A DNA stretch of 64,000 bases from an uncultured Pseudomonadota bacterium (GTDB lineage Bacteria; Myxococcota_A; Polyangia; Fen-1088), in contig CAVZVU010000001.1 in assembly GCA_963778795.1 (NCBI GenBank), positions 44,776 to 108,775 of the forward strand. Direction: 5' to 3'. The first letter of the stretch is position 1; the number at the start of each line of letters is the position of its first letter. The position numbers were made by a program, and so were the translations under genes. The notes beneath the pieces were generated by a model, which was not told the origin of the DNA, searched no databases, and saw only the letters and a list, made by a program, of their open reading frames with translations. This document shows, in pieces, positions 54,795 through 64,000 of the stretch.

Positions 54795-54810
54795 TGGCCC
54801 CAGCGTTGCT
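54795..54810 (+). promoter_or_regulatory. sigma54 -24/-12 promoter (TGGCCC-N5-TTGCT) for the Nit1C-type operon
   Basis: One mismatch to TGGCAC-N5-TTGCW. It lies 70 nt upstream of ATG 54880 and is adjacent to a divergent sigma54 activator gene. Confidence 0.7.
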
Positions 54811-54879
54811 CTATCTGGCAGCGAGTCCGAACAAAAGAATGGTGGCGCCGCTGCGCGCGCGCTGGAGGAGGAGACGACG

Positions 54880-55362
54880 ATGCCCACGGTTACCCATCCG
54901 CTGCACAAAGAAGGCGACTTCCTGGTCGACTACGAGGAGAAGGTCTTCGAAGACGTCAAGGCGGCGCCCGGCGAGAAGGCGCTGGTGACGTTCCACACGG
55001 TCGCCTTCGAGGGATCGATCGGCCTCGTCAACATGCTGCAGGCGACGCGCCTGATGCGGAAAGGCTTCGAGACCAGCGTGCTGCTCTACGGGCCCGGCGT
55101 GCTGCTCGGCGTCCAGCGCGGCTTCCCCAAGCTGGGCAGCGAGGCGTTCCCCGGCCACCTGGTGGTCAATCAGAAGATCGGCGGCTTCATGGCCGAGGGG
55201 GGCAAGGTCTACGCCTGCCGCTTCGCGCTGTCGGCGCTGTACGGCCAGACCGAGGCGGCGCTGATCCCGGGCATCCGCCCGATCAACCCGCTCGACGTGC
55301 TCGACATCGTGCTGCTGCACCGCAAGGCCAACGCGGTGATCCTCAACACCTGGACGCTGTAA
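54880..55362 (+). CDS. MSMEG_0572/Sll0783-family nitrogen-starvation response protein (NitB-like, DsrE-like fold)
   Basis: ATG follows GGAGGAGGAG. 160 aa with ...[39 protein letters not shown]...[11 protein letters not shown]... It is the first gene after the -24/-12 promoter, in the canonical position before the nitrilase. Confidence 0.7.
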   Translation: MPTVTHPLHKEGDFLVDYEEKVFEDVKAAPGEKALVTFHTVAFEGSIGLVNMLQATRLMRKGFETSVLLYGPGVLLGVQRGFPKLGSEAFPGHLVVNQKIGGFMAEGGKVYACRFALSALYGQTEAALIPGIRPINPLDVLDIVLLHRKANAVILNTWTL

Positions 55363-55383
55363 CGGGCGAACGGGGAAGGCGGC

Positions 55384-56388
55384 GTGACGGCGACTCGAAA
55401 GGTGCGCGCGGCGGCGGTGCAGATGGCGCCGGTGCTGGGCAGCCGCGCGGCGACGACCGAGAAGGTCTGCGCCGCGATCGAGTCGGCCGCGCGCGAGGGG
55501 GCGGAGCTGGTGGTCTTCCCCGAGACCGTCGTGCCTTACTACCCCTACTTCTCGTTCATCCAGCCGGCGGCGGCGATGGGCAAGGAGCACCTGCGCCTGT
55601 ACGAGGAGGCGGTGACGGTGCCCGGGCCGACCACGCACGCCGTCGCCGAGGTGGCGCGCACGACCGGGCGCGGTGGTCGTGCTGGGCGTCAACGAGCGCG
55701 ACCACGGCACGATCTACAACGCGCAGCTGATCTTCGACGGTGACGGCGCGGCTGGTGCTGCACCGGCGCAAGATCACGCCCACCTATCACGAGCGGATGG
55801 TCTGGGGGCAGGGCGACGGCGCCGGGCTGCGCGCGGTCGATACGCGCGTCGGGCCGCGTCGGCGCGCTTGCCTGCTGGGAGCACTACAACCCGCTGGCGC
55901 GCTACGCGCTGATGGCCGATCACGAGGAGATCCACGCCGCCATGTTTCCCGGCTCGCTGGTCGGCCCGATCTTCGCCGAGCAGATCGAGGTCACCATCCG
56001 CCACCACGCGCTGGAATCGGGCTGCTTCGTCGTCAACGCCACCGGCTGGCTGACGCCCGAGCAGCGCGCCGAGGTCGCGGGAACGACCGGGCTCGAGCGG
56101 GCGGTCAGCGGCGGCTGCTTCACGGCGATCGTGTCGCCCGAGGGGACGCTGCTCGGCCAGCCGATCACCGAAGGGGAGGGGACGCTGTACGCCGATCTCG
56201 ACCTGGCGCTGGTCACCAAGCGCAAGCGGATGATGGACAGCGTCGGCCACTACAGCCGGCCGGAGCTGCTGAGCCTGCTGATTGATCGCACGCCGACCAG
56301 CGTGCTGGTCGAGCGGACATCGACCAGCGTGCCGCGCGAGCGCGCGGGCCTCGCGTTCGCGGCGAATGTGCCGGCGGCGCCTCGATGA
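55384..56388 (+). pseudogene. Nit1C-type (Nit6803-family) nitrilase (3 frame disruptions near 55665, 55748 and 55858 as sequenced)
   Basis: The catalytic E-K-C triad context is found collinearly across frames: [53 protein letters not shown]. The C-terminal part is in ORF 55912..56388. All three shifts are +1. Confidence 0.88.
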
Positions 56389-56470
56389 CAGCGGAATCGA
56401 TCAGGCCGACGGCGACGCCGACGGCGGAAACTTCGGCGCCGGCGGGCGTTGCTTGAAGGGACAGCCAGGA

Positions 56471-57639
56471 ATGTCGACGTCAATCTCTCGCCCTCGCCGA
56501 AGAACGACAGGCGTTGATGGCCGATTTGCAGGCAGCCGGGCTCTCCGTCGAGAGCGACGGCGCCGCCGCGACGGCGCCCGTCGGCCGTCGCGGCGGCGCG
56601 GGGCCGTCGGACCACCGCGCGGTGTCGCTGGACGGCGCCACCGTGATGGTGCCGATGCGCGCCGCCGGCCAGTCCCCCTTCCGCCTCCGCGTCCTCTCCG
56701 CCCCGTCCTCGTCCTCGTCCGCGTCCCCGTCGCCCGTCGCGCGCCTGGATCCTCCGTGGCGACGATCTGCTCGCCGAGGTGGAGCTGCCGCCGTCGGCCC
56801 GCTTCTACGCGCTGTCGACCGCCGACGGGATCCCGTACTCGAAGATCGCGCTGCTGCACGCGCGCCGGGTGCTGGCGTCGACGGTGTTGCAGTCGTGCGT
56901 CCGCTACGCCGATCGCGGCGCTCGCCTGCCGCTTCTGCGCCATCGGGACCTCGCTGAAGGAAGGGCGCACGCTGGCGCGCAAGACGCCCGGCGCAGCTGG
57001 CCGAGGTCGCGGCGGCGGCGGTGCGTCTCGACGGTGTCGAGCAGCTGGTGCTGACCACCGGGACGCCCGCGTCGGCTGATCGGGGTGCTGCCCACCTGGC
57101 GGCGTGCGCCGCCGCGGTCAAGGCGACGACCCCCGGCGCTGCCGATCCAGGTGCAGTGCGAGCCGCCCGACGACTTCGGCTGGTTCGCGCGCCTGCGCGC
57201 CGCGGGCGCCGACGCGCTGGGCATGCACCTGGAGGCGGTCGAGCCGGCGGTGCGCGCGGCGGTCATGCCCGGGCAAGGCCGAGGTTCCGGTCGAACGCTA
57301 CTTCGACGCCTTCACGGCGGCGGTGGCGGTCTTCGGCCGCGGTCAGGTGAGCACGTACCTGATCGCCGGTCTCGGCGATCGCCCCGCGAGCCTGCTGGCC
57401 ATGGCCGAGCGTCTGGTGTCGATCGGGGTCTATCCGTTCGTCGTCCCGTTCGCGCCGATCGCCGGCACGCCGATGGCGGGCCACGCGCCGCCGCCGAGCG
57501 ACAGCATGCGCAGCCTGTACACCGAGGTCGCGCGCCTGCTGCGGCAGCACGGCCTGTCGTCGGCCGAGATGAAGGCGGGCTGCGCCAAGTGTGGCGCCTG
57601 CTCGGCGCTGTCGACCTACGAGGGGGCCCGCTGTGCTGA
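56471..57639 (+). pseudogene. MSMEG_0568-family radical SAM protein (NitD-like; about 7 frame disruptions as sequenced)
   Basis: Collinear pieces: [75 protein letters not shown] (Cys cluster), [74 protein letters not shown]. Start and end are tentative. Confidence 0.75.
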
Positions 57640-58233
57640 CGTCGACGTCGACGTCGACGTCGACGCCGGCGGGTGCGGCGCCGGGTCAGTCCCGCTTCGA
57701 GACCCGCGTCGCGCGCACGGCGCACGAGCGCGCCGCCTACTTCGCCCTGCGGCGCGAGATCTTCTGCGACGAGCAGGGGGTGTTCGACGGCGACGATCGC
57801 GACGACTGCGACGCGGCGGCGATCCCGATCGTCTGCCTGGCCGAGACACCCGACGGCGGCGCCGCGCGCGTCGTCGGCGTGGTCCGGATCTGGGAAGACG
57901 AATCGACGCCGGGCGACTGGTGGGGCGGCCGCCTCGGCGTCGATCGCGACTTCCGCACCGTGGGCGCCGTGGGGCGCTGGCTGGTGCAGACCGCCGTCGG
58001 CACGGCGCGCGGTTGGGGGGCGTCCCGATTTCGCGCCACCGTGCAACGCGCGAACGTCGCGTTCTTTCGCCGGCTGCGCTGGCAGACGCGCGACCGAGCT
58101 CGAGCTCTTTGGACGGCCGCACCACTTGATGGAGGCCGACCTTACTCACTATCCACCGACCGGCGAGGCGCGTCCCGTAGCTGGGGGGCTATCGGGGCGC
58201 GCCTCGCGCGGAGCTTGCGACGATGCTGCCTGA
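57633..58233 (+). pseudogene. MSMEG_0567/Sll0786-family GNAT N-acetyltransferase (NitE-like; one frame disruption near 58085 as sequenced)
   Basis: GTG 57633 overlaps the putative radical-SAM stop (GTGCTGA). Motifs seen: YFALRREIFCDEQGVF, VVGVVRIWEDE...WWGGRLGVDRDFR and ...RFRATVQRANVAFFRRLRW, then ELFGRPHHLMEADL in the +1 frame. Confidence 0.75.
57638..57667 (+). repeat. (GACGTC)4-5 hexamer tandem repeat at the radical SAM / GNAT junction
   Basis: gacgtc x4 perfect plus gacgcc. It reads (ST)n in the GNAT frame and (DV)n in the alternative frame. Confidence 0.9.
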
Positions 58234-59259
58234 GCTGGTGCGCGAGCTGCAATCGGCGCTGGGCGTGCAGCACAAGCGCGATATCCAGACGGCGGCGCGC
58301 CTGCTGCCGCGCGTGCGCGGCGGCCCGTGGGGCGCCGCCGAGGTGCGGGTCGGCGACGACACCGCGGCGATCCCCGACGGGGACGGATACTTGCTGTTCG
58401 CGGCCGAGGGGATGTGGCCCGAGCTGGTCGCCAGCGAGCCGCGCTTCGCCGGCTACTGCGCGGTGATGGTGAACGCCAGCGACGTCTACGCGATGGGCGG
58501 TCGCCCGCTGGCGATCGTCGACGCGCTCTTCGCCGCCGGCGCCGAAGCCGCCGAGCCGATCTTGCAAGGGATGGCCGACGCCTCCGAGCGCTTCCAGATC
58601 CCGATCGTGGGTGGCCACACCAACCTGCACAGCCCCTACCCGGCGCTGGCGGCGGCCGTGCTGGGGCGGGCGCGGCGGTTGCTGACCAGCTTCGACGCGC
58701 GCCCCGGCGACGAGCTGGTGGTCGCCGTCGATCTGCGCGGGCGCATGCACCCGCGGCACGCGTTCTGGAACGCCAGCACCGACGCCGCGCCGGCGCGGCT
58801 GCGCGCCGACTACGCGCTGCTGCCCCGCCTGGCCGAAGAGGGAGACGGGATGGTGGTGGCCGCCAAGGACATCAGCATGGGCGGGCATCGCCGGCACCGC
58901 GCTGATGCTGTGCGAGGCGTCGGGTGTCGGCGCGACGCTGCGGCTCGACGCGATCCCGCGCCCCGACGGCGTCCCGTGGGCGACCTGGTTGCAGGCCTTT
59001 CCCAGCTACGGCTTCCTGCTGGCCACGCCGACCGGGCGACGGCGCGCGGCTGTGCGAGCTGTTCGCGTCGCGCGAGATCGCTGCCGCCGTCGTCGGTCGC
59101 GTCGACGGCAGCCGCCGCCTGACGCTGGCCAGCGGCGATGCGCGCGCCGAGCTCTGGGATCTCGCCCGGGCGCCGCTCACCGGCTTCGGACCGGACGCGG
59201 ACGCGTCACGGGCGCCGGAACCGCCAAGAGGGAGCGGGAGAGGGCGAGGACGCGCGTGA
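58223..59259 (+). pseudogene. sll0787-family AIR-synthase-like (PurM-fold) protein (NitF-like; 2 frame disruptions near 58885 and 59040 as sequenced)
   Basis: [60 protein letters not shown] and then [18 protein letters not shown] in +1 frames give a PurM/ThiL-like architecture. Confidence 0.75.
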
Positions 59260-60324
59260 CCACCTCCGGCATCCTGCCCGGCGGCCGGGCGAGCGCCGGC
59301 CTCGTCGAGCTGTCGAGCGACGCCGTCGGCTCCGGTGCCGGTGCCAGCGCCGCCGCGGGCGCGGGCGCGCATCGTCGCGTCGAGGCGCCGCCCGAAGTGG
59401 CGCGCCGGATCCGGCTCGGGATGCCCCACCTCGACGCGGGCGGCCTGTCGGAGAACTGGCTGTTTCGCGACGCCGGCGATCGCCACTGGGAGGCGATCGC
59501 GCGCCGGCTCGGCGTCGCCACCGACCAGATCCGCAGCGAGACCGGCGAACGGCTCTACCCGACGGTGGTGGCGGTGCGCGCCGCGCTACGACACCCCGCT
59601 GGCCGCGGTGCGCGAGAACGATCTGTTCGAGGCGATCGCCGAGGTGGTGCCGTGCGGGCGCGCCTGCGCGCACGGGCGCGTCGTCGCGGCGGTCGGCCCC
59701 CAGCGCAGCCGCTTCGCGCTCGAGCTGCTGACCACCTTCGCCGCGCCCGCCCCGGCGGGCGGAGGGCTGCGCATGGCGATGCCGGAGCCGCGCCTGGCGC
59801 GCCGCTGGATCCCGGTCGGTGGCGAGCCGCCGATCGCGACGCTGGCGCGCGCTGCCCGTCGCGGTGAGCCGCTCGGCGATCCGTTCAGCGGGCCGGCGAT
59901 GGCGCTCACCGGTCCGCCGCTGGCGGAGCTCGACTACGAGCCCTCGCCGTACGCCGACTACAACGGCGCCGGCCTGCTCTACTTCGCTTCGTACGTCACC
60001 ATCGCCGATTCGGCGGAGCGCCGGCTGGTGCGCCAACTGCGGCTCGACGGCAGCCGGCGGGCGCGGGCGCCGGTCGCGGCGCGTGACTGGGCGCTCATGA
60101 CCTCGGCGGTGCGCCGCGACGTCTTCTACTACGACAACCTGCCGCTCGGTGCCTCGCTGACGGCGGCACTGCTCGCCTTCGACGAGGATTGCCACGGCGT
60201 CACCACGCGCATCCGCCTGAGCCGCGCCGACGCGCAGCAGTCGGGACAGCGGCCGGCGCGCGCCATGGCCGATGTCGTCACCCGCCGGCTGTTCGTCGCC
60301 GAGCGAAGCGGAGCCCGCGCATGA
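59256..60324 (+). pseudogene. NitG-like hypothetical (Pnap_2097-family, probably hotdog-fold; one frame disruption near 59585 as sequenced)
   Basis: GTGA overlap with the upstream stop. IRLGMPHLDAGGLSENWLFRDAGDRHWEAI is present and, in the second half, YADYNGAGLLYFASYVTIADSAER. The low-complexity N-terminus makes the true start uncertain. Confidence 0.55.
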
Positions 60325-61571
60325 GCGTGCCGCCGCCGCCTCCGTCGCCGTCGGCGATGTCGACGCCGCTGACCCTGCGGTCGCCGCTGCTGGCGCTGAC
60401 TGGCGGGCGTCCGCTGTCGATCGGGCTGTACACCTACTCGACCCTCCCGCGCGGCAGCGTCGTGCACACCGCCAGCCTGGCCGACGCGCTGGTCGACCTC
60501 GGCCACGACGTGACGATCTACGCGCTCGACAAGGACGGCCGCGGCTTCTTTCGCCCGTCGCGCGCCCGCCTGCGCCTGGTGCCGGCGGCGCCCGCGCCGG
60601 CCTCGACGGCGGCGCTGGTGCGCCAGCGCACCGACGAGCTGGCGTCGTACGTGGTCGCGCACGCGCCGGCGCACGACGTTCATCACGCGCAGGATTGCCT
60701 GAGCGCCGGTGGCCTGCTGGCCGCGCGCGGACAGGGCCGGCGATTCGTCATCGCGCGCACCGTGCACCATGTCGAGGCCTTCGCCGATCCTTATCTGGCG
60801 CGTTGCCAGGAACGTTCGGTGCGCGAAGCCGACCTGTGCTGCACGGTGAGCGAAGCGGCGCGCGACGACGTGAAGGCGACTTTCGGCGTCGACAGCGCGG
60901 TCGTCGGCAACGGCGTCGACGTGCGGCGCTTCTCGGTCGTGCCGCTGGATCTGCTGCGCGACTGGCGCGCGCGGCTGGGATCGGGGGCGCCGGTCGTGCT
61001 GGCGCTGGGGGGCGTCGAGGAGCGCAAGAACACGCTGCGCACCCTGGGCGCCTTCGCGCGTGTGCGCGCGCGCTGGCCGGGCGCGCGGCTGTGGATCCTG
61101 GGCGGCGCGACCGTGCTGGATCATGGCGCCTACCGCGCGGTGTTCGAGCGAGCGCGCGATCAGTTGCCAGCGGCGACGCGCGCGGCGATCGTCGAGCTCG
61201 GCGTCGTGGCCGAGGCCGATGTGCCGGCGCTGATGCAGCTGGCCGACGTGATGGCGATGCCGTCGCTGCACGAAGGGTTTGGTCTGGCGGCGCTCGAGGC
61301 GCTGGCGGCCGGGCTGCCGCTGGTGGCGTCGGCGCGCGCGCCGTTCACCGAATACCTGGACGCGACCTGCGCCGTGCTGGTCGATCCGCTGTCCGAAGTA
61401 GACATCGCCGCCGGCTTGCAGGCGGCGCTGGAAGCGCGCCCGGCGCGGCGCGAAGCCGGGCGCCTGCGCGCCGAGGCACACTCCTGGGCGCGGGTCGCCG
61501 GGCGCGTCGCCCACCAATACGAAAGGACGCTCGGTCATGCCCGAGATGCACTTCCGGATTCGCTGGCCTGA
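60321..61571 (+). CDS. MSMEG_0565-family GT4 glycosyltransferase
   Basis: ATGA overlap with the upstream stop. 416 aa, intact. LSIGLYTYSTLPRGSVVHTASLADAL and the C-terminal GT-B motif MPSLHEGFGLAALEALAAGLPLV are present. Confidence 0.8.
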   Translation: MSVPPPPPSPSAMSTPLTLRSPLLALTGGRPLSIGLYTYSTLPRGSVVHTASLADALVDLGHDVTIYALDKDGRGFFRPSRARLRLVPAAPAPASTAALVRQRTDELASYVVAHAPAHDVHHAQDCLSAGGLLAARGQGRRFVIARTVHHVEAFADPYLARCQERSVREADLCCTVSEAARDDVKATFGVDSAVVGNGVDVRRFSVVPLDLLRDWRARLGSGAPVVLALGGVEERKNTLRTLGAFARVRARWPGARLWILGGATVLDHGAYRAVFERARDQLPAATRAAIVELGVVAEADVPALMQLADVMAMPSLHEGFGLAALEALAAGLPLVASARAPFTEYLDATCAVLVDPLSEVDIAAGLQAALEARPARREAGRLRAEAHSWARVAGRVAHQYERTLGHARDALPDSLA

Positions 61572-61875
61572 TGGAGACGAGATGCGCTGCTACTCGCCGT
61601 CGCTGATCGTGCGTGAGTACCTGGAGGTCGGCCGCGCCTACCCGCTGCAAGAGTTCCTCGAGCGCAGCCGCACGATGCTTCACATCGGATCGGAGCGGGT
61701 GCGCGCGAAGTACGGCTTCGCCTGCTCGGCCGCGCTCGACCAGCTGGCGACGATCGAGGAGCGCAGCAGCGGCTGCGGTGACAGCGAGCTGGTGACAGTG
61801 ACCGGGTTCGAGCTGCCGCAAGAGGGCGAAGGCGCGGAGGCGAGTCGCTCGGGACACGGACACAGCCATGGCTGA
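61537..61875 (+). CDS. MSMEG_0570-family small nitrogen-starvation response protein
   Basis: 112 aa: MPEMHFRIRWPDGDEMRCYSPSLIVREYL...SERVRAKYGFACSAALDQL. It overlaps the GT 3' end by 35 bp and ends in a GHGHSHG tail. Confidence 0.65.
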   Translation: MPEMHFRIRWPDGDEMRCYSPSLIVREYLEVGRAYPLQEFLERSRTMLHIGSERVRAKYGFACSAALDQLATIEERSSGCGDSELVTVTGFELPQEGEGAEASRSGHGHSHG

Positions 61876-63160
61876 CAAGGCGATCGGCACCCATCACAGC
61901 GTCGTCGTGATCGGCGGCGGGCAGGCTGGGCTGTCGATGAGCTACTGCCTGCAGCAGCGCGGGATCGATCACGTCGTGCTGGAGAAGAACCGCGTCGGGC
62001 ACGAGTGGCGCGAGCATCGCTGGGACTCGTTCTGTCTGGTGACGCCCAACTGGCAGTGCCGGCTGCCCGGGTTCCCGTACAACGGCCCCGACCCGCACGG
62101 CTTCATGCTCAAGGACGAGATCGTCCGCTATCTCGAGGACTACGTCCGCTTCTTTCAGCCGCCGCTGCACGAGAGCGTGGCCGCGACCAGCCTGCGCCCG
62201 CGCGCCAAGGGGGGCTTCGACGTCGCGACCACCGCGGGCGACTGCTTCGCCGAGCAGGTCGTCGTCGCGACGGGTGGCTACCACACCCCGCGCATCCCGC
62301 GCCTCGGCGACCGGCTGCCCGAATCGCTGACGCAGCTGCATTCGTCGCAGTATCGCAACCCCGGCGCGCTCGCGCCCGGCGAGGTGCTGGTGATCGGGAC
62401 CGGACAGTCGGGCTGTCAGATCGCCGAGGACCTGCACCTGGCCGGCCGGCGCGTGCATCTGGCCGTGGGCGGCGCACCGCGCACCGCGCGCCGTTACCGC
62501 GGCCGCGACGTCGTCGACTGGCTGGAAGACATGGGCTACTACAGCTTGCCGGTGCACGAACATCCGCTGAAGGAGCGGGTGCGCGCCAAGGCCAATCACT
62601 ACGTCACCGGCCGCGACGGCGGTCGCGACATCGACCTGCGCCAGCGCGCGCGCGAGGGGATGCGCCTTTACGGGCGCCTCGTCGGCGTGCGCGGGTCGCA
62701 CCTGGAGCTGGCGGGCGATCTCCGACAGAATCTCGACCAGGCCGACGCCGTCGCCGAGAGCATCAAGACCAGCATCGACAAGTTCATCACCGAGCGCGGC
62801 GTCGACGCGCCGACCGAGGCGCGCTACCGGCCGGTGTGGGAGCCGGCGGGCGAGACGCCGTCGCTCGATCTGGCGTCGACGGCGATCACCACGGTGATCT
62901 GGTGCACCGGCTTCCACTCCGACTACCGCTGGATCGAGGTCCCGATCTTCGACGGGCGCGGCTACCCGGTGCACTTTCGCGGCGTCACCGCGGTGAGCGG
63001 GCTCTATTTCCTCGGCCTGCCCTGGCTCTACACCTGGGGCTCGGGACGCTTCTCCGGCGTCGCCGTCGACGCCGACTACCTCGGCGACCGCGTCGAGGAG
63101 CGCGTCGGCGCCGCCCCCGCACGAGCCCCGGCGCTCAACGAGCTGGCGCTCGGCTCGTAG
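61868..63160 (+). CDS. MSMEG_0569-family flavin-dependent oxidoreductase/monooxygenase (NitH-like)
   Basis: 430 aa, intact. FAD fold VVVIGGGQAGLS, WDSFCLVTPNW, second dinucleotide fold VLVIGTGQSGCQIAEDL. There is an 8-bp overlap with the upstream gene. Confidence 0.85.
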   Translation: MADKAIGTHHSVVVIGGGQAGLSMSYCLQQRGIDHVVLEKNRVGHEWREHRWDSFCLVTPNWQCRLPGFPYNGPDPHGFMLKDEIVRYLEDYVRFFQPPLHESVAATSLRPRAKGGFDVATTAGDCFAEQVVVATGGYHTPRIPRLGDRLPESLTQLHSSQYRNPGALAPGEVLVIGTGQSGCQIAEDLHLAGRRVHLAVGGAPRTARRYRGRDVVDWLEDMGYYSLPVHEHPLKERVRAKANHYVTGRDGGRDIDLRQRAREGMRLYGRLVGVRGSHLELAGDLRQNLDQADAVAESIKTSIDKFITERGVDAPTEARYRPVWEPAGETPSLDLASTAITTVIWCTGFHSDYRWIEVPIFDGRGYPVHFRGVTAVSGLYFLGLPWLYTWGSGRFSGVAVDADYLGDRVEERVGAAPARAPALNELALGS

Positions 63161-63636
63161 CGGAGTCCTCTCATACGATTGGTCACATTTCGTCGGCGTG
63201 ACGGGATCAATGCGAGGCGGCGTTACGGGCGCTGCGCGGGTCCTGCCGCTGCGGGGTCCTCCCCGCTGAGCTCGGCTGCCGGGGAGTCCGGCCCGAAACG
63301 ATTGCGCTCTCATTGTCGGCGAAGCGAAGGGCGCTGCGCGGGTGACGTGGAGGGAGGGGCCCCCGACGAGCTCGGGGGCCGGGGCGTGCAAGTGCCACTT
63401 GCCGAGAGGTGGACGGCTCGACGACCCCCACCTTTCCCGATGCGTGCAGATCTCGCGCCGGCGCGCGCCGGGTGGACGGCGCGCGGATGGCATGGGCTCC
63501 CCGGACCCCGAGCTCAGCGGGGAGGTGCCCGCAGCGGCAGGACCCGCGCAGCGCCCGTAGCGCCGCCCCGCTTAGATCCGGCCAATCGCTCTCGGCTCCG
63601 CCGCCGAAGTTTGACCAATCATGAGAGCGGAGTCCT
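63161..63636. repeat. composite repeat cluster: three copies (direct, direct-degenerate, inverted) of a ~100-135-bp element filling the whole intergenic gap
   Basis: 63161-63295 and the reverse complement of 63495-63636 align. The ends are GGAGTCCTCTCATACGATTGGTCA versus GGACTCCGCTCTCATGATTGGTCA. The core ACGGGCGCTGCGCGGGTCCTGCCGCTGCGG...CTCCCCGCTGAGCTCGG...CCGGGGAG is shared. A degenerate direct copy lies at about 63304-63385 and includes a perfect hairpin, GGCCCCCGA-N5-TCGGGGGCC. Confidence 0.8.
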
Positions 63637-64000
63637 AGCGGGCGTCGCCGTTGCTGACTTTGCCGCTGCTGAGCTTGCCGGTGTGGCGGATGTCCTGGCC
63701 CTTGACCATGAAGACCACCATCTCGGCGAGGTTGGTCGCGTGGTCGCCGATCCGTTCCAGGTACTTGGCGATCGACTGCAGGCGGGTCGCGCGATAGATG
63801 TTGCGCACGTCCTCCATCATGTACGTCAGCAGCTCGCGGAAGATCTGCGAGTAGTAGGCGTCGATGGTGGCGTCGCGCTCGATGACCCGGTGGGCGTGCT
63901 CGGCGTCGCTGGCGACGAAGGCGTCGAGCGCGTCGTGCAGCATGCGCTGGGTCTCTTCCGCCATCACCGGCAGGTCGACGTAGGGCTTCAGCGGCGGCTC
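63635..64000 (-). CDS. phoU: phosphate-transport regulator PhoU (N-terminal part beyond the window end)
   Basis: ...AEETQRMLHDALDAFVASDAEHAHRVIERDATIDAYYSQIFRELLTYM...SIAKYLERIGDHATNLAEMVVFMVKG carries the PhoU repeat motifs. The reading frame stays open to position 64000. Confidence 0.85.
   Translation of the reverse strand, partial: EPPLKPYVDLPVMAEETQRMLHDALDAFVASDAEHAHRVIERDATIDAYYSQIFRELLTYMMEDVRNIYRATRLQSIAKYLERIGDHATNLAEMVVFMVKGQDIRHTGKLSSGKVSNGDAR

Noticed and set aside
63207-63624. Three small ORFs: 63207..63431(-), 63342..63560(+) and 63409..63624(+).
   Set aside because: They lie entirely within the inverted/direct repeat cluster and mirror each other because of the repeats. They have no start context and no coding-type GC3 pattern.

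Overview
This is a very GC-rich chromosomal window; third codon positions are almost all G/C. Its gene content looks myxobacterial (Polyangia-like): many lipoproteins, AgmX/PglI-type TonB_C-like domains, sigma54 activator/promoter pairs and GH6 cellulases. I support about 55 protein genes. I found no rRNA, tRNA, CRISPR array, transposase or integrase.

Layout:
- 1-7540 (-): a translationally coupled six-gene envelope operon of unknown function (lipoproteins, three beta-barrel-like proteins, a large helical protein).
- 8.3-10.7 kb: glpK and an esterase.
- 13.3-17.4 kb: a thiolase / 3-hydroxyacyl-CoA dehydrogenase / crotonase / acyl-CoA dehydrogenase operon.
- 17.4-25.3 kb: two AgmX/PglI-type proteins, two APC permeases, a TauE-like exporter, and a pair of paralogous secreted Cys-rich proteins with NGLSM[I/T] repeats. 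One of the pair carries a ricin-type lectin domain. Both sit behind near-identical sigma54-type promoters.
- 25.4-29.7 kb: a TonB_C-fused TonB-dependent receptor operon.
- 29.8-34.7 kb: lysA, mutM, a dksA-like gene, and a eukaryote-like NAGS next to argE.
- 36.6-50 kb: MFS transporter + arylsulfatase, gap, Smr, a MinD/ParA-PilZ fusion, a His-rich protein and two GH6 lipoproteins.
- 50.2-52.8 kb: a PhoB/PhoR-like pair.
- 52.9-63.2 kb: a complete Nit1C / sll0783-type cluster (nitrilase, radical SAM, GNAT, AIR-synthase-like, hotdog-like, GT4, MSMEG_0570-like, flavin oxidoreductase). It lies behind a near-consensus -24/-12 promoter and a divergent GAF-sigma54 activator. This conserved cluster with unresolved chemistry is the main system of interest.
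- The window ends with a composite repeat cluster and a partial phoU.

Major caveat: between about 26.9 and 60.3 kb, roughly 50 apparent single-base frame disruptions hit about 17 otherwise well-conserved genes, including gap. Nearly all behave as 1-nt insertions. I read these as assembly indel errors rather than pseudogenes, but I label those loci 'pseudogene' (as sequenced).

All family calls come from motif recognition by eye; no searches were run.
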